From NCBI GenBank assembly GCA_965235115.1, contig OZ249436.1, forward strand, positions 50,842,001 through 50,906,000: a stretch of 64,000 nucleotides of DNA, in the 5' to 3' direction. The notes beneath the pieces are model-generated. The model ran no database searches, was not told where the DNA came from, and saw only the letters and a program-made list of their open reading frames with translations. This DNA is from Laetmonice hystrix (lineage: Eukaryota). Both the position numbers and the translations under genes were made by a program. This document shows, piece by piece, positions 1 to 14,048 of the stretch (the stretch's first letter is position 1; each line of letters begins with the position of its first letter).

Positions 1-2420
1 GGGCTACTCCTCCCGTGTATGACAGAGGCTCAATCCTCGTATTGGTTCCCATTGTAATCATTGCTACACGGCTCATCCCGGCGACCCCGGCAATCCTTGC
101 CAAGTCTGTACGACGTGCCAATCATCCGTCACCCGGCCAGTCATTTAACTACCGTCGCGCCACCTGTCGGCTGTATCACAGCCCTGTAGAAGTAGCATCT
201 TTCAATGTAGACCCCTATACAAAGGATGCAGATTTACCTCTGGGCGTCACCGGGTCTACTTAGTAACTTTCGCCCTTAATGATTATCCTCTTATTGTGAG
301 AAGCTTATCCAGATTTAGGGACGATGTGCCCCGCCCCGGATTTTACTGGTGACCACTGCCTCCGCCTCACACAGAGTAGTAGCCCTATATTGGCACAGTA
401 CATGTAATTAAAATTGCGACCACTTTGATAAAATGACGCCGCAGATAGCGACCTCCGTATCGCAATCCTTCGCGATGAGAGAAAATATGTGGCTGATACA
501 AAACCTCCCCCTTTTGTTCTGCCACAGGCGATACCTCTTACAAATCATGACATATGCCATGCCATGAAGAAAATCTGCTTGGGCTGACTCCAGACCAACT
601 AAAGCCAACTCATTATATTGTCCGCTGGGGACGGACAATGGACGATTATGACGGTGATCTATACCCAGAAAAAGGTAACGATTCATACTAATTACCGATC
701 GTTTTACTGCGATCCTCGCCTAGAAACAGGACGTCCGTGGGCGGCGACTGTCACACCAATATACATGTCAACTAGAACCCACGCTACACAGGCTGCACGA
801 GGTTTAAATTACTTTGGTGGGACCTGCCAAGTCCAATACCTGCACGGGTGCGCCTCGAGTTCTTGTAACTGTCGCTGGTAAATCATCGTTTATTAACGAA
901 ATAAATCAAGGTAAAGCCGCTGGTTTTCTCAGAATCCCTGCCACGCGTTATAAAACCAATAACTAATCGTGAGTCGGAATTCGTTCAGATTGTCCCGTGA
1001 ACATATTAAAACGGACGGGCACACAGACAGAGGTCAAATCTAAAGTCCCGCCCTTTGGCTTGGGGCTAATAACACTAGATCAATAACACTCATGCCCTTA
1101 CACTCGATACATCGTTCATTGTGTGTAGGGGTGTATGTGTGGTTATATCTGGTTTTGCGATGAGTGTTCTTCATAACTGCCACAGCTAACTGGACACATG
1201 TACACCTTGCCCCATCTCACCCAACCGATCATTCACACTCCTCTCTGATGACCGACCACGGCCGATCTCTGCAGTGTCATATTTCTTAATCATCAGAGAA
1301 GACAACGAATGAAATGGGCAGTGATAGACAGCCACAAGAGGGGGGAAGGCCATCGGTTAATGCTATATTAAGCTATGCGTTATGCGGTATTTATGCGGTA
1401 TCCTGGTGCCCCCCCCCCCCCTTATTAAAATCCTGGATTCCCCATTGATATGCAATATGTAATATGCAATATTGCCACCTATCTTGTTACCCAACACTCT
1501 ATTGTCGCCTCGTCTTGTCGAATACGCTACGAGTTTCCGTTGTTTGCTATTATAAACGGCTGTTTAGGCAGTTTGTTTGGCCGGTAAAACAATTTTTTAT
1601 CAGTGTTTTTAAATAACTCGTTTCTCGAGATAGTGTTCTGTGCATGGATTTGTTCAATAATTTTCAACATAATACAGTGTGCTGTTTTCCAGCTCAGTGT
1701 CTCGAAGTTATACAGCACCTCCACGGTCCGAGAAGCTGCCATTTAGTAAGGAAGCTAAGTCAAATTGAAACCTTTCCGCTGTTACGCGTGTCATGTATGG
1801 CAGGCAACGGGCACGTGAATCAAATACACCCAGTCACTATGGAAACGCTTCACTAACATACCATGGAAGAAAAAGAATGACCAATCCAAACAGTCATATT
1901 CAGGACATTCGAAACTATCCGAAAGCGAGACGTAGTGTAGTATCAAATTTCCCTTTGCCTGCCTATTGTCAGCTATTGATCTTTTCTTTTAAATTTGTTT
2001 TCTTTCAAATTCGACTAGGTATAATTCTATAGTTATGGAAACCAGGGAATCCTTTGCATGTGGAGATTGTAATTGTGCACAAATCTAGTCCGGTTCATCA
2101 GCCAGCAGTCGACTTGTCGGGGATGTAGGAAGCAAATCTTTGGTCAGGTGGGGGGGGGGGGGGCAACTTGGAATGGTGAGGCGGGCCGTAGCTAGAAATT
2201 TCTGAGTGGGGGGGGGGGGGGCAGTCATGGGTGGATCCAGGAATTTTGGAGAGGGGGTGTCCCCATACAAGCGCCGAATGCGCGAAGGCATGAGCCTTGG
2301 CCTTGGAGGTCTGGGGGCCTCCGCCAGAAGGTCTCCAAGTTCTGCCAGATGTCTTTACGGGCCGATGCATTGGCCCCAAAAAAACACACTTTTGGTGGAA
2401 TCCAGCCTTACTCTTTCGAA

Positions 2421-2670
2421 CCGAGGGCTTTTGAGCGACAAAACTCGATGTAGCCTATGATTCAACAAAATCAGCTAAAAAGCTGAAAAGGATACAGGAA
2501 GTAGATCACCTGCGCGCGCATTGACCAGGGAATTCTCCTGTTGACTGGTTATCCAAAATGGCCAAGCGGTTCGAAGGTAGAGCGTTAGATCGCCACGGAG
2601 TCAGCTGAGCGTTCTCACTTTACATTTGGTTGGTCTCACTTCAATTTATCTGAGTTTTGCATGTGATGTT
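2421..2670 (+). repeat. Dispersed repeat, inverted homologue of 16266-16450
   Basis: The blocks ccgagggcttttgagcgac and aaaatggccaagcggttcgaagg...ttggttggtctcacttcaatttat occur as diverged reverse complements at 16266-16450. Confidence 0.75.
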
Positions 2671-5414
2671 AAACTGATTTATATAGCATTTATATCGATT
2701 TTACAGATTTTTAAAACGGTGGGGCTTTAAGAGCTCACGAGTGCACAATCGATGTGACCCTATATAGCCCCACGCCGGTGTCACATCGAAAACTGGCCCA
2801 CGTGGTAAATTGACCCCCGGGTCACTTTACCACGGGGTCACTTTACCACATCACACCGGACATCCTGCGAGACATCAGCCGTGGCCTAGCATGCACAAGG
2901 AGGAGTTTCCAAGCTAATGTATCGATACGTAATTACAATCGACTAATGAACTTCCGTTGACTTGTTGCATGTAAATCGGTAATTGGTCACAAGAACAGTT
3001 GAACCTTTCAATCAGACCGTTATGAAAGCCTCATTTCAAATCGAATATGAAACAGGACTAATTAACGGCGCCGGAGGCAAATTATTATTGGGGCGTGGGG
3101 GGTGGCAAGAGATCCGAAACGAATGTGATAGGCTATACATGTCAAGTAAGGGGCATGATGTCGCGAGCAGGCCTACCACGCCCTCGGATAATGAGTACAT
3201 GTACCATTCGGGATTCCCTCGGGCATATGACGTCACTTCCTGCTATTTGACCCTCGGGTGGATTAGTGGTCATGTTTGGCAACCGGATACATGGCCAAAT
3301 GGAGCTGTGTAGCGAGGCACTGAGTGAACCGTCATATCCCATCGAGCCAGGAAGCAAAATGGACTGGTCACTCTACTCTACGCTACTCTACGCTAAATAA
3401 ATAGGCCTAGCCTACATCAAAATCATTGTCTACGTGGATTCTAACCAACACAAGACATATTGTTGCTAACCCTTATTCGTGATGTTAGCCTATATGTAAT
3501 AAATAATACTTATGTATTCGGGTAATAAAGATGTGATTTCATAAGCACCGCATGGTCAACTTCAGGGGGGACTTTGCCTGCAGCATCACTATTCAAATTA
3601 CATCAACTCGGCCGACAGCAACATTGTATTATGTTGAATATGACATTTGACACCCAATATGTTGACAACCAGACACTCGTACAGCATGATCGATTCTTTC
3701 TTGTTTTAAAGATTTCAACACCTCAACATGAGGTCACGCATCTCTTTGGGTTCTAAAGATGCTCACCACATTCATTGGTGTTTGACGGCCAGAATGTTAT
3801 AAAATACGTTACTTCGTCACCACAGAAAGCATATTTTGACGATGAAGCAGCCGTGTAGGTGAGCGTTATGTTACCTGCATGGCCCGTTAATGTACCTGAC
3901 AATTATTGAGATAGGGAAACAGCTGCGACCACATCAGAATTCGGGGGCAATGGTCGAATAACAAAGTTCTTTTCCAAACGCTGGCGGGTTAGTATTTTTG
4001 TGTTACACTTTGGACCGCTATGTGATCGTATTAGTAGAGGCGTAACTACGCGCTTTCAGTAGTTGAAACCCGCATGGAAGTCATTGTTGGTTTCTCTGTA
4101 GAGATCTACCCTCGTTCAATGGAGGATTACTCGGCAGTCGACCACCAAGATGTAGACCTATATCCAACCGCCTCCGACAGTAACCGTTGGCCTCCAGTAC
4201 AAAGTCATTGATCATCTCCAAGGAGGCGCGCGGGTTGTACGAGCCGACTGCATCCTCATCTCTGACACGTGCGGACCTTGAGACCCGTTCTGTTGAGCTA
4301 CAACAACAGCCTGTCCGACAGATCAATCAAACCGGCGCTAGGGCTAGGTACTAGAAAACGCCACGCGCCTGGTCTTTACGAGCCTCTACTTTTTTCCAGG
4401 GGGGATCGAAGGCACGTACTGAAGCGTTCTAAGGCCTGTGGGAGCACTGTAAGATCAGCATGCCTCAGCATGTGTACTAGTATACTGTATCGGTAATGTT
4501 GTATTTCAAGCGATTTATTTACGATTTTGAATTGAAGGGATGAAAATTATTTTCATTCATCAAGGATTTCAGAGTGGATTTCGTTCAAATTGAAGGGGAA
4601 ATTCGTAATAAGAAAAGGCTTAAAGATGAGGTAGGAAAAACTAGGACAAAGTCTTCAGTGTTTCTGCTGAATGGCACACGACGTAACGCCCCAAGCCCGT
4701 CCCAACTCCCGCCAAACACGTCAACGTATAGCCTAGGCCCTAATAGGTGTGAGATATAGAGCGAGGTGAAGGTCACCTTATTAGAATCACAGCATTCTAT
4801 ATAACGAAAACCTGTATGCCTGGATTGTGATACATCCGCAATTTTTTGCATATCACAATTTCGCTATCATATAACTAAACTGACGATAAATGTTCTCGGA
4901 AAACTCGGGCTGGGAAAACCTGCAAAAAGTAGGAAGGTTCAGAATGGAAGTGGAGATGAAGAGAAAGATTACTTGGAGGTTACGTTGAAGAACCTATGAG
5001 CTTACTAAGTAGCCTATAAAACACGGGCGGATCCGGACCGGGGGGGGGGGGGGCGGGGTGCGCACAACATCTCAATGGGCAAACACTCGAGTGGGGCACA
5101 ATTATTTCCAATAGCTATATGTTAAATCTAAGTCTATAAACTTGAGGGCCTAGACTAGAGGCTAGACTTTCTCCATGCCTCAGCCGAATAATGACAACGG
5201 GAATACGATCACACTTCTGTCAGTGATTCCGTCTCAGAGTGCAAAACAAACAAATAAATAAAGAACCTAATCTAAATGGTCGACGTGGTCGACCTTAGCC
5301 GAATCATTATTTTAGCCCCTGGCGGGAAACAAGAGAGATCTCGTATCGCGTGTCGTTCAGACGCTAACCTTGGCCCTAACGTCCACTGATGACCTGAGAT
5401 AATTATAGGCCCAG

Positions 5415-5569
5415 GGGCCCGTCTCACTAAAGGCTGGTTAATAACCAGATCGTTAAGTTAACATAGGAGTGAATGGAAGGCTGCTGGTTACAGTAACCAG
5501 CAGCCTTCCATTCACTCCTATGTTAACTTAACGATCTGGTTATTAACCAGCCTTTAGTGAGACGGGCCC
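5415..5569. mobile_element. Palindromic hairpin MITE, PIF/Harbinger-like
   Basis: Perfect inverted repeat centred on 5492 with a 1-nt loop. Termini GGGCCC...GGGCCC, flanked by CAG on both sides (CWG TSD). Confidence 0.8.
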
Positions 5570-5575
5570 CAGATC

Positions 5576-7029
5576 CAGGGGCGCCGCTGCCTATTTCAAA
5601 GTGGGGGGGGGGGGGGGACAATCTTGGTGTGTTTGACCTTTTCCCCCGAGATTTATGTACCATAAGAATTGCAAAATAACAGTGTATTCACCCCCCCCCC
5701 CCGGGGCGGACCCAGGATTTTCTTGAGGGGGGGGGGGGGGGTCAGAAGGTGCCACGCGCCGAAAGGGGGGGGGGAGCTCCTACTTTGGGAATATAAAAGG
5801 CCATCGGTGCTATTTCCCGGCTTCTCAGCATCAAACTATTTTAAAGAGCTTTCGGTGCCGACCTTTTGCTCAAGATTAATGTATTAATCAGTGAGGGATT
5901 AATCAGGGGGCTTGCCTCCCCTTAGATCTTCCTTTTTTGTATGAAGATGTATTATACTATTAGTACCTACAGTTACAATGAAATCATGCCGAGCGTAGCG
6001 AGGCTAACAATTTTTTTTTAGGTGGGCCCCACCTGGCCGTTGACATCACAAAAACAGTATCAAGCAATATTTATCAGAAGCCAAAAAAGTTGACGATTAG
6101 GCCTAAAACACACTTTTACCAAATAAAATAGAGACCGTCCCCATCCTACTTGCCACTTTCTATTCTACCACACTAGGCCTAGTAAAAATTGGTAAACCTC
6201 ACTCATTATTTGAATACATTCACGCATGAGGTCTTTTTCTTCAAAATCAAATAGGAAGGCCCAACATGGGGGTGAAAAATTTTGACGGCCGCAGGCCTAA
6301 CGCTGTCAGACAATAATTAAAGCGTGGCCTAGATTTCCTAGAGCTTAAGATTGACCTGAATATTCAGGTCTATGAGCTAAGCAAGAGACGGTAGACCTAC
6401 AGGGGAAGATCCAGCTTTTTCAAGTAGGGGGGCCAACGTTTTTAGGGACGCAACCGGTGTGACTGTACGAGCGCCGAAGGCAAAAAGCCTTGCTAGAGGG
6501 TCCGGGGGCATGCCCCCGGAAATTTTTCAAATTCAAGGTGTAATTTGGTGAAATCTGATGCATTTTGGAGCACAAAGCTATTTAAAGACCAATGATGTCA
6601 AAAGTCTTATGTAGCCCTACAATGCCGTGAGGCGCCATGAACGGCAGGAGGGGCGCCATGAAATATATATATTTTAGGGGGGTCCAGACCCTATGTGACC
6701 CCCTAAGGTACACAGGGAAGCTGCCGGGGATCTAGGCCGCGGTTAGGCCCATATTAATTATAGAACAGCAAAGCATAGACCTATCTCCTAAACACATGAC
6801 ATAGGCTTAGGCCTGCGAAGGCCAAGATTAAAAATGATGAAAATCTATCTTTAATTTGCCTCCCATGGGCAATTCACCTTAAAAAGCTAGGCATAGGGAG
6901 TATAAGAAGACCTGTAGATATATCTATTAGGCCTAGCTTCAACTTCAAGGAGCCTTTGACCTTTTTAGGTCGCCAGCAAAAGTGGGGGGGACATGTCCCC
7001 CCCCGTCCCCCCCGGCAGCGGCGCCCCTG
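5576..7029. mobile_element. Non-autonomous DNA transposon (hAT-like termini) with probable nested MITE fragments
   Basis: 16-bp TIR CAGGGGCGCCGCTGCC ... GGCAGCGGCGCCCCTG, with AGATC on both flanks. Internal poly-G-rich MITE-like pieces near 5702 and 6399. Confidence 0.65.
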
Positions 7030-10000
7030 AGATCTGCTGCTGTTCGCACCTTTAGGCCTAATTGAAACAAATCTTTGACAAGCTACCTTGTTAGTCTAAA
7101 TATTGTATCAACGTAACAAATACGGGGGGTACTAAATTGCTCAGTGTTGTATATTATTCAAGTATCCTTGTATTATGTGCGACTAGGTTCGTGGGATGAA
7201 GAGCGTAGTTCTGCATCAATCCGACAGATGGCAGTGCCATCCTTTGTGAGGAATCCGGTGTGGTGGGTGGGTCAGATTGGGGACAGGTCGTGCGAGTGTG
7301 AAAGCAGACAGGTGGTGGCACCTGCTGATGCACAGCTATCCACACTATAGAATCGAACTCTCAGGGTGACACTATTATCTGTTATCAGTTCAGGCAGTAA
7401 GGCATAATGGGCCCGGTTTTTCTTTTTCACACAGAAAGTGGAAAACGGTCTGTAGGCTTATAATAAATCACATACACTGCAGGCCGTCAGATACATAACA
7501 TATATAGGGACCGATGATGCAGAAAAAGTACCTGAGCAAAGTTCTGCATATTTTTAAGTTCTTTTTTCTTTGTTTATGGTTGGAAATACGACCCACTTGC
7601 AATGCATTCCTTTCAATAATCCGCGGCCTGTGAGAATTCCCCACATGGTTACATTATAGCTATTTTGTGTGTTGCACATGAATTCATTCTTTGTACTTTC
7701 AACCCAACGGTAGGTTTATTCATTTACTAGGTCGTGTATGTTTTATTAAACAATTAACAAAGGAGTGCTAAAATGCTACTGCTCCGAATAGGGCAGGCCT
7801 ACGTGACGACTGGTTATTTAAATCGCCATAGCTCTATCATTAGGCCTACTATTAAGTGAAAGACGGAGTTTATAATTTGACATCATATAGGCCTACAATA
7901 TATCATTAACAAAGGTGTATAGGGCCTACAGATTAGGCATGTTATTCCTTCATAATTGTATATTTTAATAAGTAGGCCTTAATCTTTGAACTTTTAGCTC
8001 TTTTTGTTTGTTTTTTATTAATTCCTGTTTGTTTGTTTGATGGATAAATCAATACCAAGCGGTACTGGTACATTTCTATCTACTGTCCATCGTTCAATTA
8101 ATATATTCAAATGCGAGCAGGCCTAAATCGCAAATTTGACTCATCGTCCAAAAAATATGTCGAACCACTTATTTCTGATATAGCAACGAGAAGAATTACA
8201 AATCCCGTCCATCTCGAAAAAAGTGGGAGGCGCTTGTACCGAGAGACCAATAGGTTAGTACAACATATAGACATGCAGGCCGGCTGAGCGTTGTGTTTGT
8301 AAACACCATCCTCACGGGGAATGACATAGCCCCAGTCCTCATGAAATCCGGATTACGATATAAACATACCAAACGGCTCTGACCTTCTGACCTCCTAACC
8401 TCCTGACCTCGAAACTCCACTCAATCTCTGCTGAACTCAGCCGACCCTCATACATACCATGACACCCATGCCTTTCGTGCCTTCCAGATAATGTATGTCT
8501 TGATAAACAAGACCAACCTAATGCTAGGGGACCTGTAGTATCGCTATACACTTGTGTATAGGTACACAAGACAGCAGGCTAGAGCTTAGGTCATCGTATC
8601 CACGTCTTGCATGGTCCAAAAATGTAGCATAATTTACCACTCATGCGTGTAGTACATGTATAGATCCAGAATACGGGGCGGACATTCTTATGCCGTCAAA
8701 TTCCGTGAGTCCTATATTCGTTTTCCTTTTAGTTTCCAACTTGATCCTGTTGTCACTCCTACCTACCTAGCCGGGGGGGGGGGGGGGGGTTAGGATGCAC
8801 GAAGGCAACCCCCCAAAATTGGGGTTGTCCCAGTTTCTTCCCCTCTCCCTCTGGCAACGTATACATCTGTAGGTCTACACCCCTCCTGATCCGACTGAGT
8901 ATAGGCTACGTGACCATAAATCTATACCGTACTAAAAGCCACCTTCACGCCTGAGGAATTGGCAACCTTTTAGGACTGGCGCTGTTTCAGCAGTTGGGGG
9001 GGGGGGCAACAATTGTGAAAAAAAAACCTATCAGACTATACTGTAATGGGAGTGTGTCTACTTTTGACCAGACCATCGCAAACAGATAAAAAAAACTTGA
9101 TATGGAGATTCTGACAGGAAGGTTGACCGCATGTCTACTCTGACGGTTTTGAGACGTTCCATAAATATTGCTTTATTATCAATCTCAGCCTAAGAACGGT
9201 AAAATCTTCACTATCAAGTAACACAGTTTACAAACAAAACAAACAAATAACAAGTAATAAACAAAGTGCAAGATGTAATTCATGTTAGGATAAAATAAAA
9301 ATCAAGAGAGACACAGCTCAAAACCAGAAGAGAGAATTTAGTGCTGATTCGAAGGTCGTTAAAAGTGCACTTATCATCGATAGGGTTGTATACCCAGGCT
9401 GTGTGTAGTACACGGTCTGATTAGTTTGACAGTTTGGGCCGGGACACATGCCCTGACCGACAATTCGGTAAACTCCCTCTATACCATAGACATTTTAACG
9501 ATACCGATCCCAAAGTCAAGACTCGGGTGACCATAATGGCAGATGACGCGACGTATTTGTGGCGGCATAGCAAACATACACGACACGCAGTCATGATTCA
9601 GCAACTTTTCACAACTTGATCACCGAGTCTGCTGATTCACATACCTGGACGAAGGCCCGCCAAACAAAAACTCCACCTAACCCTTAGGGATGACTAACCT
9701 ACTCTATCTCCACACCTGGCTTTTATAACTCTAGAGGGCAGTGTAAAATTTGGCGTCCCCGGTTTATTATTCAACGCGTTTCTCCACTTCTCGCCCATCC
9801 AGATACCGATGTAGTTTTACGAAGTGTCCAAATGCACATTTCCAACAGAAGTCATTCCCCACGTCGTTTGAAAGGACTTCATCTGAATGTAACTGTGGCA
9901 TAAAACCCCGCAATGTCAGCCGAATTAAATATAACAATCCTTTTTGTTGCATGTCTTTCGCTGGCACATTCTTCCGCTTCAAATCGTTCTATAACATGGG

Positions 10001-11665
10001 GAAATCCACAGGGTGCTACTTCCGCGTTTTTCCATGCCTAGGCTCAAACATCGATCATCTGCGTCGTCAACCTTCCGTAATTAGCTAACGAAATGATTAG
10101 TTACGTGTAATTAATTTCTTTAAAATGTTCCACTCTAGCTCTAGAATCTGATTCCTGCCGTAATCACTGTGGTGGAAGTTGAGCTGTGATACGGGGGTGT
10201 TTGGCCGCCACCACCGTGCTCAAGAGCCTCCAATTTTAGATAGGTTGTCTTGTATTGATGCCTTCGGCAGTCCTGATGTTGACCTTTGACCGAAATGTGA
10301 TGTATAAATCTATTATTGTTTGTCTCATCAATTTAATGCTTCATTATACGCTAACGCTGATTTTCATATCTTTTGTGATATTGAATTGGCAAAATGGCGT
10401 GTGGGCCCATCTCGAAACTAGTAAGAGGCAGAACTTTTGATACATTTGAATATACATATTATCAGATGGGCTTGTTTTGCAGTGGACTAAAATGTTTCAA
10501 CCATAATTCTACTCGCGCAATTCAAACTGCGTTCCTCACCATTATGGTAAAGAACACTGCATGCGATCTTTTTCACAGTAAAGTGGTATTATATATTATT
10601 CATTTGGCTGGCAAATCCATTACATTCTGAAATGATTTAAGCTTGTGGCAACAGATCATTTCTTTTGCAGCACCATATTTCAAGTACAACCCAACTCTTC
10701 AGAGTAAAACCAACTGTTCTCATAAACAAGTGTTTACAATTAGATCCAAGCGCACGTCCTCGGCACAACTTTATCATTAACCTCATCATTATCCACCTTT
10801 AACCACCTACCTATACAAATGATAACTCACTGTGGTTACTCTAAGTACGGCGGTTGCTCCAGTCCCAGCCACATTACCGCAAACACCTGATGTGCCATTA
10901 ATCAGATGGCAACGCAAAGTTCACTGACACGGGAGAAATAATAAAGTATTTATCCGTGTCCCACCTGCTTCCGTTTGCGTGTGCAAATAGCTTCCGGGAT
11001 TTAATGTCGCTCTAAGGAAGCAAATAATTCACCCTACTTGGATCACAAATTAGGATTTAATTTCTTGGTATTTCTAGAGGTGTTATCCTGTTACTTTTTG
11101 TCTCCATGAAAACCATGGTGATCACATTTTGTATTATATCAAGACGAATACAGTGTGGTGATTTTAGGTTCGGGTAACAGGTTACGGTGACAGGGTCAGA
11201 ACAATGACCACATGGGTTTCATTGTGAATAGTTCGAGATAATTATATGATCCAGCACAATGTAGACCTGCCCAAGAACAAAGTACGAAGGATTATACCTA
11301 AATGTCCAGCCATATTCATTCTGTGGGTGACTGGCTAAATACTATATTTAGAGCAGTTTATGAGCTGGCCCGACCAGGAGGACACGTCACATAATGCACT
11401 TCGCGGTCTGCTTAATCATACCTGGCGGTCATTTCAAACACCAGATGAGATCTTATTTAATGGGTGTTGTATGACATGAAGTGTTTCCACTTAGGTCATC
11501 GGGCAGACTGGGGCGCCCATCTCTCAGTATATGCCAACAGAGGGCCGTGATGATCAAGGCTGGTCATCGGGTTGGTCCCTGAGCGAGAGTTATGAGATGG
11601 CAAGGATAGGGGTCCAGACAGTCCTATAGGCCTACAATTACTGCAAACGATATACATGTACTTGC

Positions 11666-12050
11666 CATAGGCGCCAGAAGCGGGGGGCAGGGGGGTCGAC
11701 CGCCCCCTCAATAATCTGGTTGGGGGGGCATCGCCCCCCCCCCCCAATAATCTCTGAACATGAATGAAAAAAGGCAGGTTTTTCCACATACAGTAGGCCT
11801 GTTGAAACCATGACTTGGGTGCGTCAAAGAGTGGGTCGATTGTCCTATTGATACATTGTAATCTATTCATTCACGCCATCAAAACATAAAAAATCTTGCC
11901 TCAAAATGGTGTGGAAAAGCGTTTTAGGCCGTTGTAGTTTTCAAAAATTTCTCAGGGAGGGCATTCGACCCTGCTTGTTGTAGCCTCTGACTTTCGGGTT
12001 TCGCTTCAGCTCTCTTGCCCCCCAATAATAATTTGCTTCCGGCGCCCCTG
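11666..12050. mobile_element. hAT-type MITE, copy 1
   Basis: Imperfect TIR CATAGGCGCCAGAAGC / GCTTCCGGCGCCCCTG with a perfect 8-bp TSD GTACTTGC. Highly similar to the copy at 26185-26580. Confidence 0.9.
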
Positions 12051-12625
12051 GTACTTGCTTTAAACAGCGGTCCACTCTGACAGAGTTGGCAACTCTAAGA
12101 ATTCTATATTAGTTACGGAGCGACTACTACGATAGAGAATTTGGTTTTATTCGGGGAAGGGGGTATTGGTATACACATTAAATCTGGCTTTAAATTATAA
12201 TGTTTCCGGTCACAGGCCTAATCTGTTTACTTTAGCGCTTTAGAATTTGTCCTAAGTAAACAGCCCTGCTGTCAACTGTGGTGGTGACCTAATTAATAGG
12301 GCAGATTTTTTGTAAATGACAGTATTTGCAGATCATGGCATATTGTTAGTGGAAGCAGCTTACTGCGACAAAGTATAGCGGAGGGTTGTATAGCCTTCAA
12401 AGAGTTCTTCAGCATTAGGCCAGCTATTGAACAGCTCTTTGGGCAAGTACCTTGAATTCAGTATAAGGTGAAGACACGTCTTAGGGTACGTGTATACATG
12501 GGATGCTGGCCCAGACACCTTCTTAGAAAGTTTGTGTCACCCATGGTTTATGTCAAGATAAAGCCAACTCGTCGGATTTCAGACGCTTGTCGTACAAAGG
12601 GCCGGACATGAAGGAGAAGGTTGGA

Positions 12626-13448
12626 GGTTTAACGGGGGACGGTTTCGAACAACTCTCAACCCGGCCAGGATTACGTATCAGGTTTAACGGGGGACTGTTC
12701 CGAACAACTCTCAACCCGGCCAGGATTACGTATCAGGCTTAACGGGGGACTGTTCCGAACAACTCTCAACCCGGCCGGGATTACGTATCAGGTTTAACGG
12801 GGGACTGTTCCGAACAACTCTCAACCCGGCCAGGATTACGTATTAGGTTTAACGGGGGACTGTTCCGAACAACTCTCAACCCGGCCGGGATTACGTATCA
12901 GGTTTAACGGGGGACTGCTGCGAACAACTCTCAACCCGGCCAGGATTACGTATTAGGTTTAACGGGGGACTGCATGCTGCGAACAACTCTCAACCCGGCC
13001 GGGATTACGTATCAGGTTTAACGGGGGACTGCTCCGAACAACTCTCAACCCGGCCGGGATTACGTATCAGGTTTAACGGGGGACTGTTCCGAACAACTCT
13101 CAACCCGGCCAGGATTACGTATCAGGTTTAACGGGGGACTGTTCCGAACAACTTTCAACCCGGCCGGGATTACGTATCAGGTTTAACGGGGGACTGTTCC
13201 GAACAACTCTCAACCCGGCCGGGATTACGTATCAGGTTTAACGGGGGACTGCTGCGAACAACTCTCAACCCGGCCGGGATTACGTATCAGGTTTAACGGG
13301 GGACTGCTGCGAACAACTCTCAACCCGGCCGGGATTACGTATCAGGTTTAACGGGGGACTGTTCCGAACAACTCTCAACCCGGCCAGGATTACGTATCAG
13401 GTTTAACGGGGGACTGCTGCGAACTCTCAACCCGGCCGGAATTACGTA
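12626..13448. repeat. Minisatellite, 55-bp unit, about 15 copies
   Basis: Unit ggtttaacgggggactgttccgaacaactctcaacccggccaggattacgtatca, head-to-tail with few substitutions and no spacers. Confidence 0.95.
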
Positions 13449-13615
13449 TATCGACCTCGCCAATTCTCAGGATAAGGTTCACCAGAACTTCGGCGTAAAT
13501 TCTACAATTTAAGTCCACATATGATTGGGTCTTGGCGCCCATTATCTTCTTTTTTCGGTGTCCGCGAACAAGAATAGAGTCTACAATAGGAGGCCGGACG
13601 CACAGGCCGGACGCA

Positions 13616-13770
13616 GGGGCCGGTTTTACTAAAAAGTCGATAATAAGGACGTCGATAATTTAACATAGAAGTGAATGGTTGCTATAGGTCGTTGTTTCCG
13701 ACCTAGCAAACATTCACTTCTATGTTAAATTGTCGACGTCCTTACTATCGACTATTTAGTAAAACGGGCC
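13616..13770. mobile_element. Hairpin MITE of the same family as 22243-22551 and 5415-5569
   Basis: ggggccggttttactaaa...taacatagaagtgaatg...cattcacttctatgtta...tttagtaaaacgggcc; inverted arms with a few mismatches. Confidence 0.8.
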
Positions 13771-14048
13771 GACCTTTGTATTCTCGCTGAATCAGCCTTT
13801 CTTGTCTTCGTGTGGACCTATTCTTTCTGCGGGAATACGGCCAAATCTTCCGCCTCTGTTATATGGGAGTGTGCAAAAAGTAGTCCAATGGTTACATAAG
13901 ATGCGGAATTTTAGGACTTTGTGTATGAGTTACTAGTATCTTGCTGCATAATTCTCATTCATTAATCCGTATTTAACCTGACCTGAGACGACGGGTCATC
14001 CCGAACATTACGTGCCCTGCACAGACGCCATCCAGGCAGAACCGCACC

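Noticed and set aside
1270..1305. Minus-strand CTGATGA-TTAA-GAAA as a minimal hammerhead ribozyme
   Set aside because: No NUH cleavage site with closing stems I and III could be formed.
4081..4326. Minus ORF containing EMINDFVLE as PKG exon 2 (ILDNDFMKNLE)
   Set aside because: Similarity is limited to NDF, with no flanking cNMP-domain residues or fitting splice sites.
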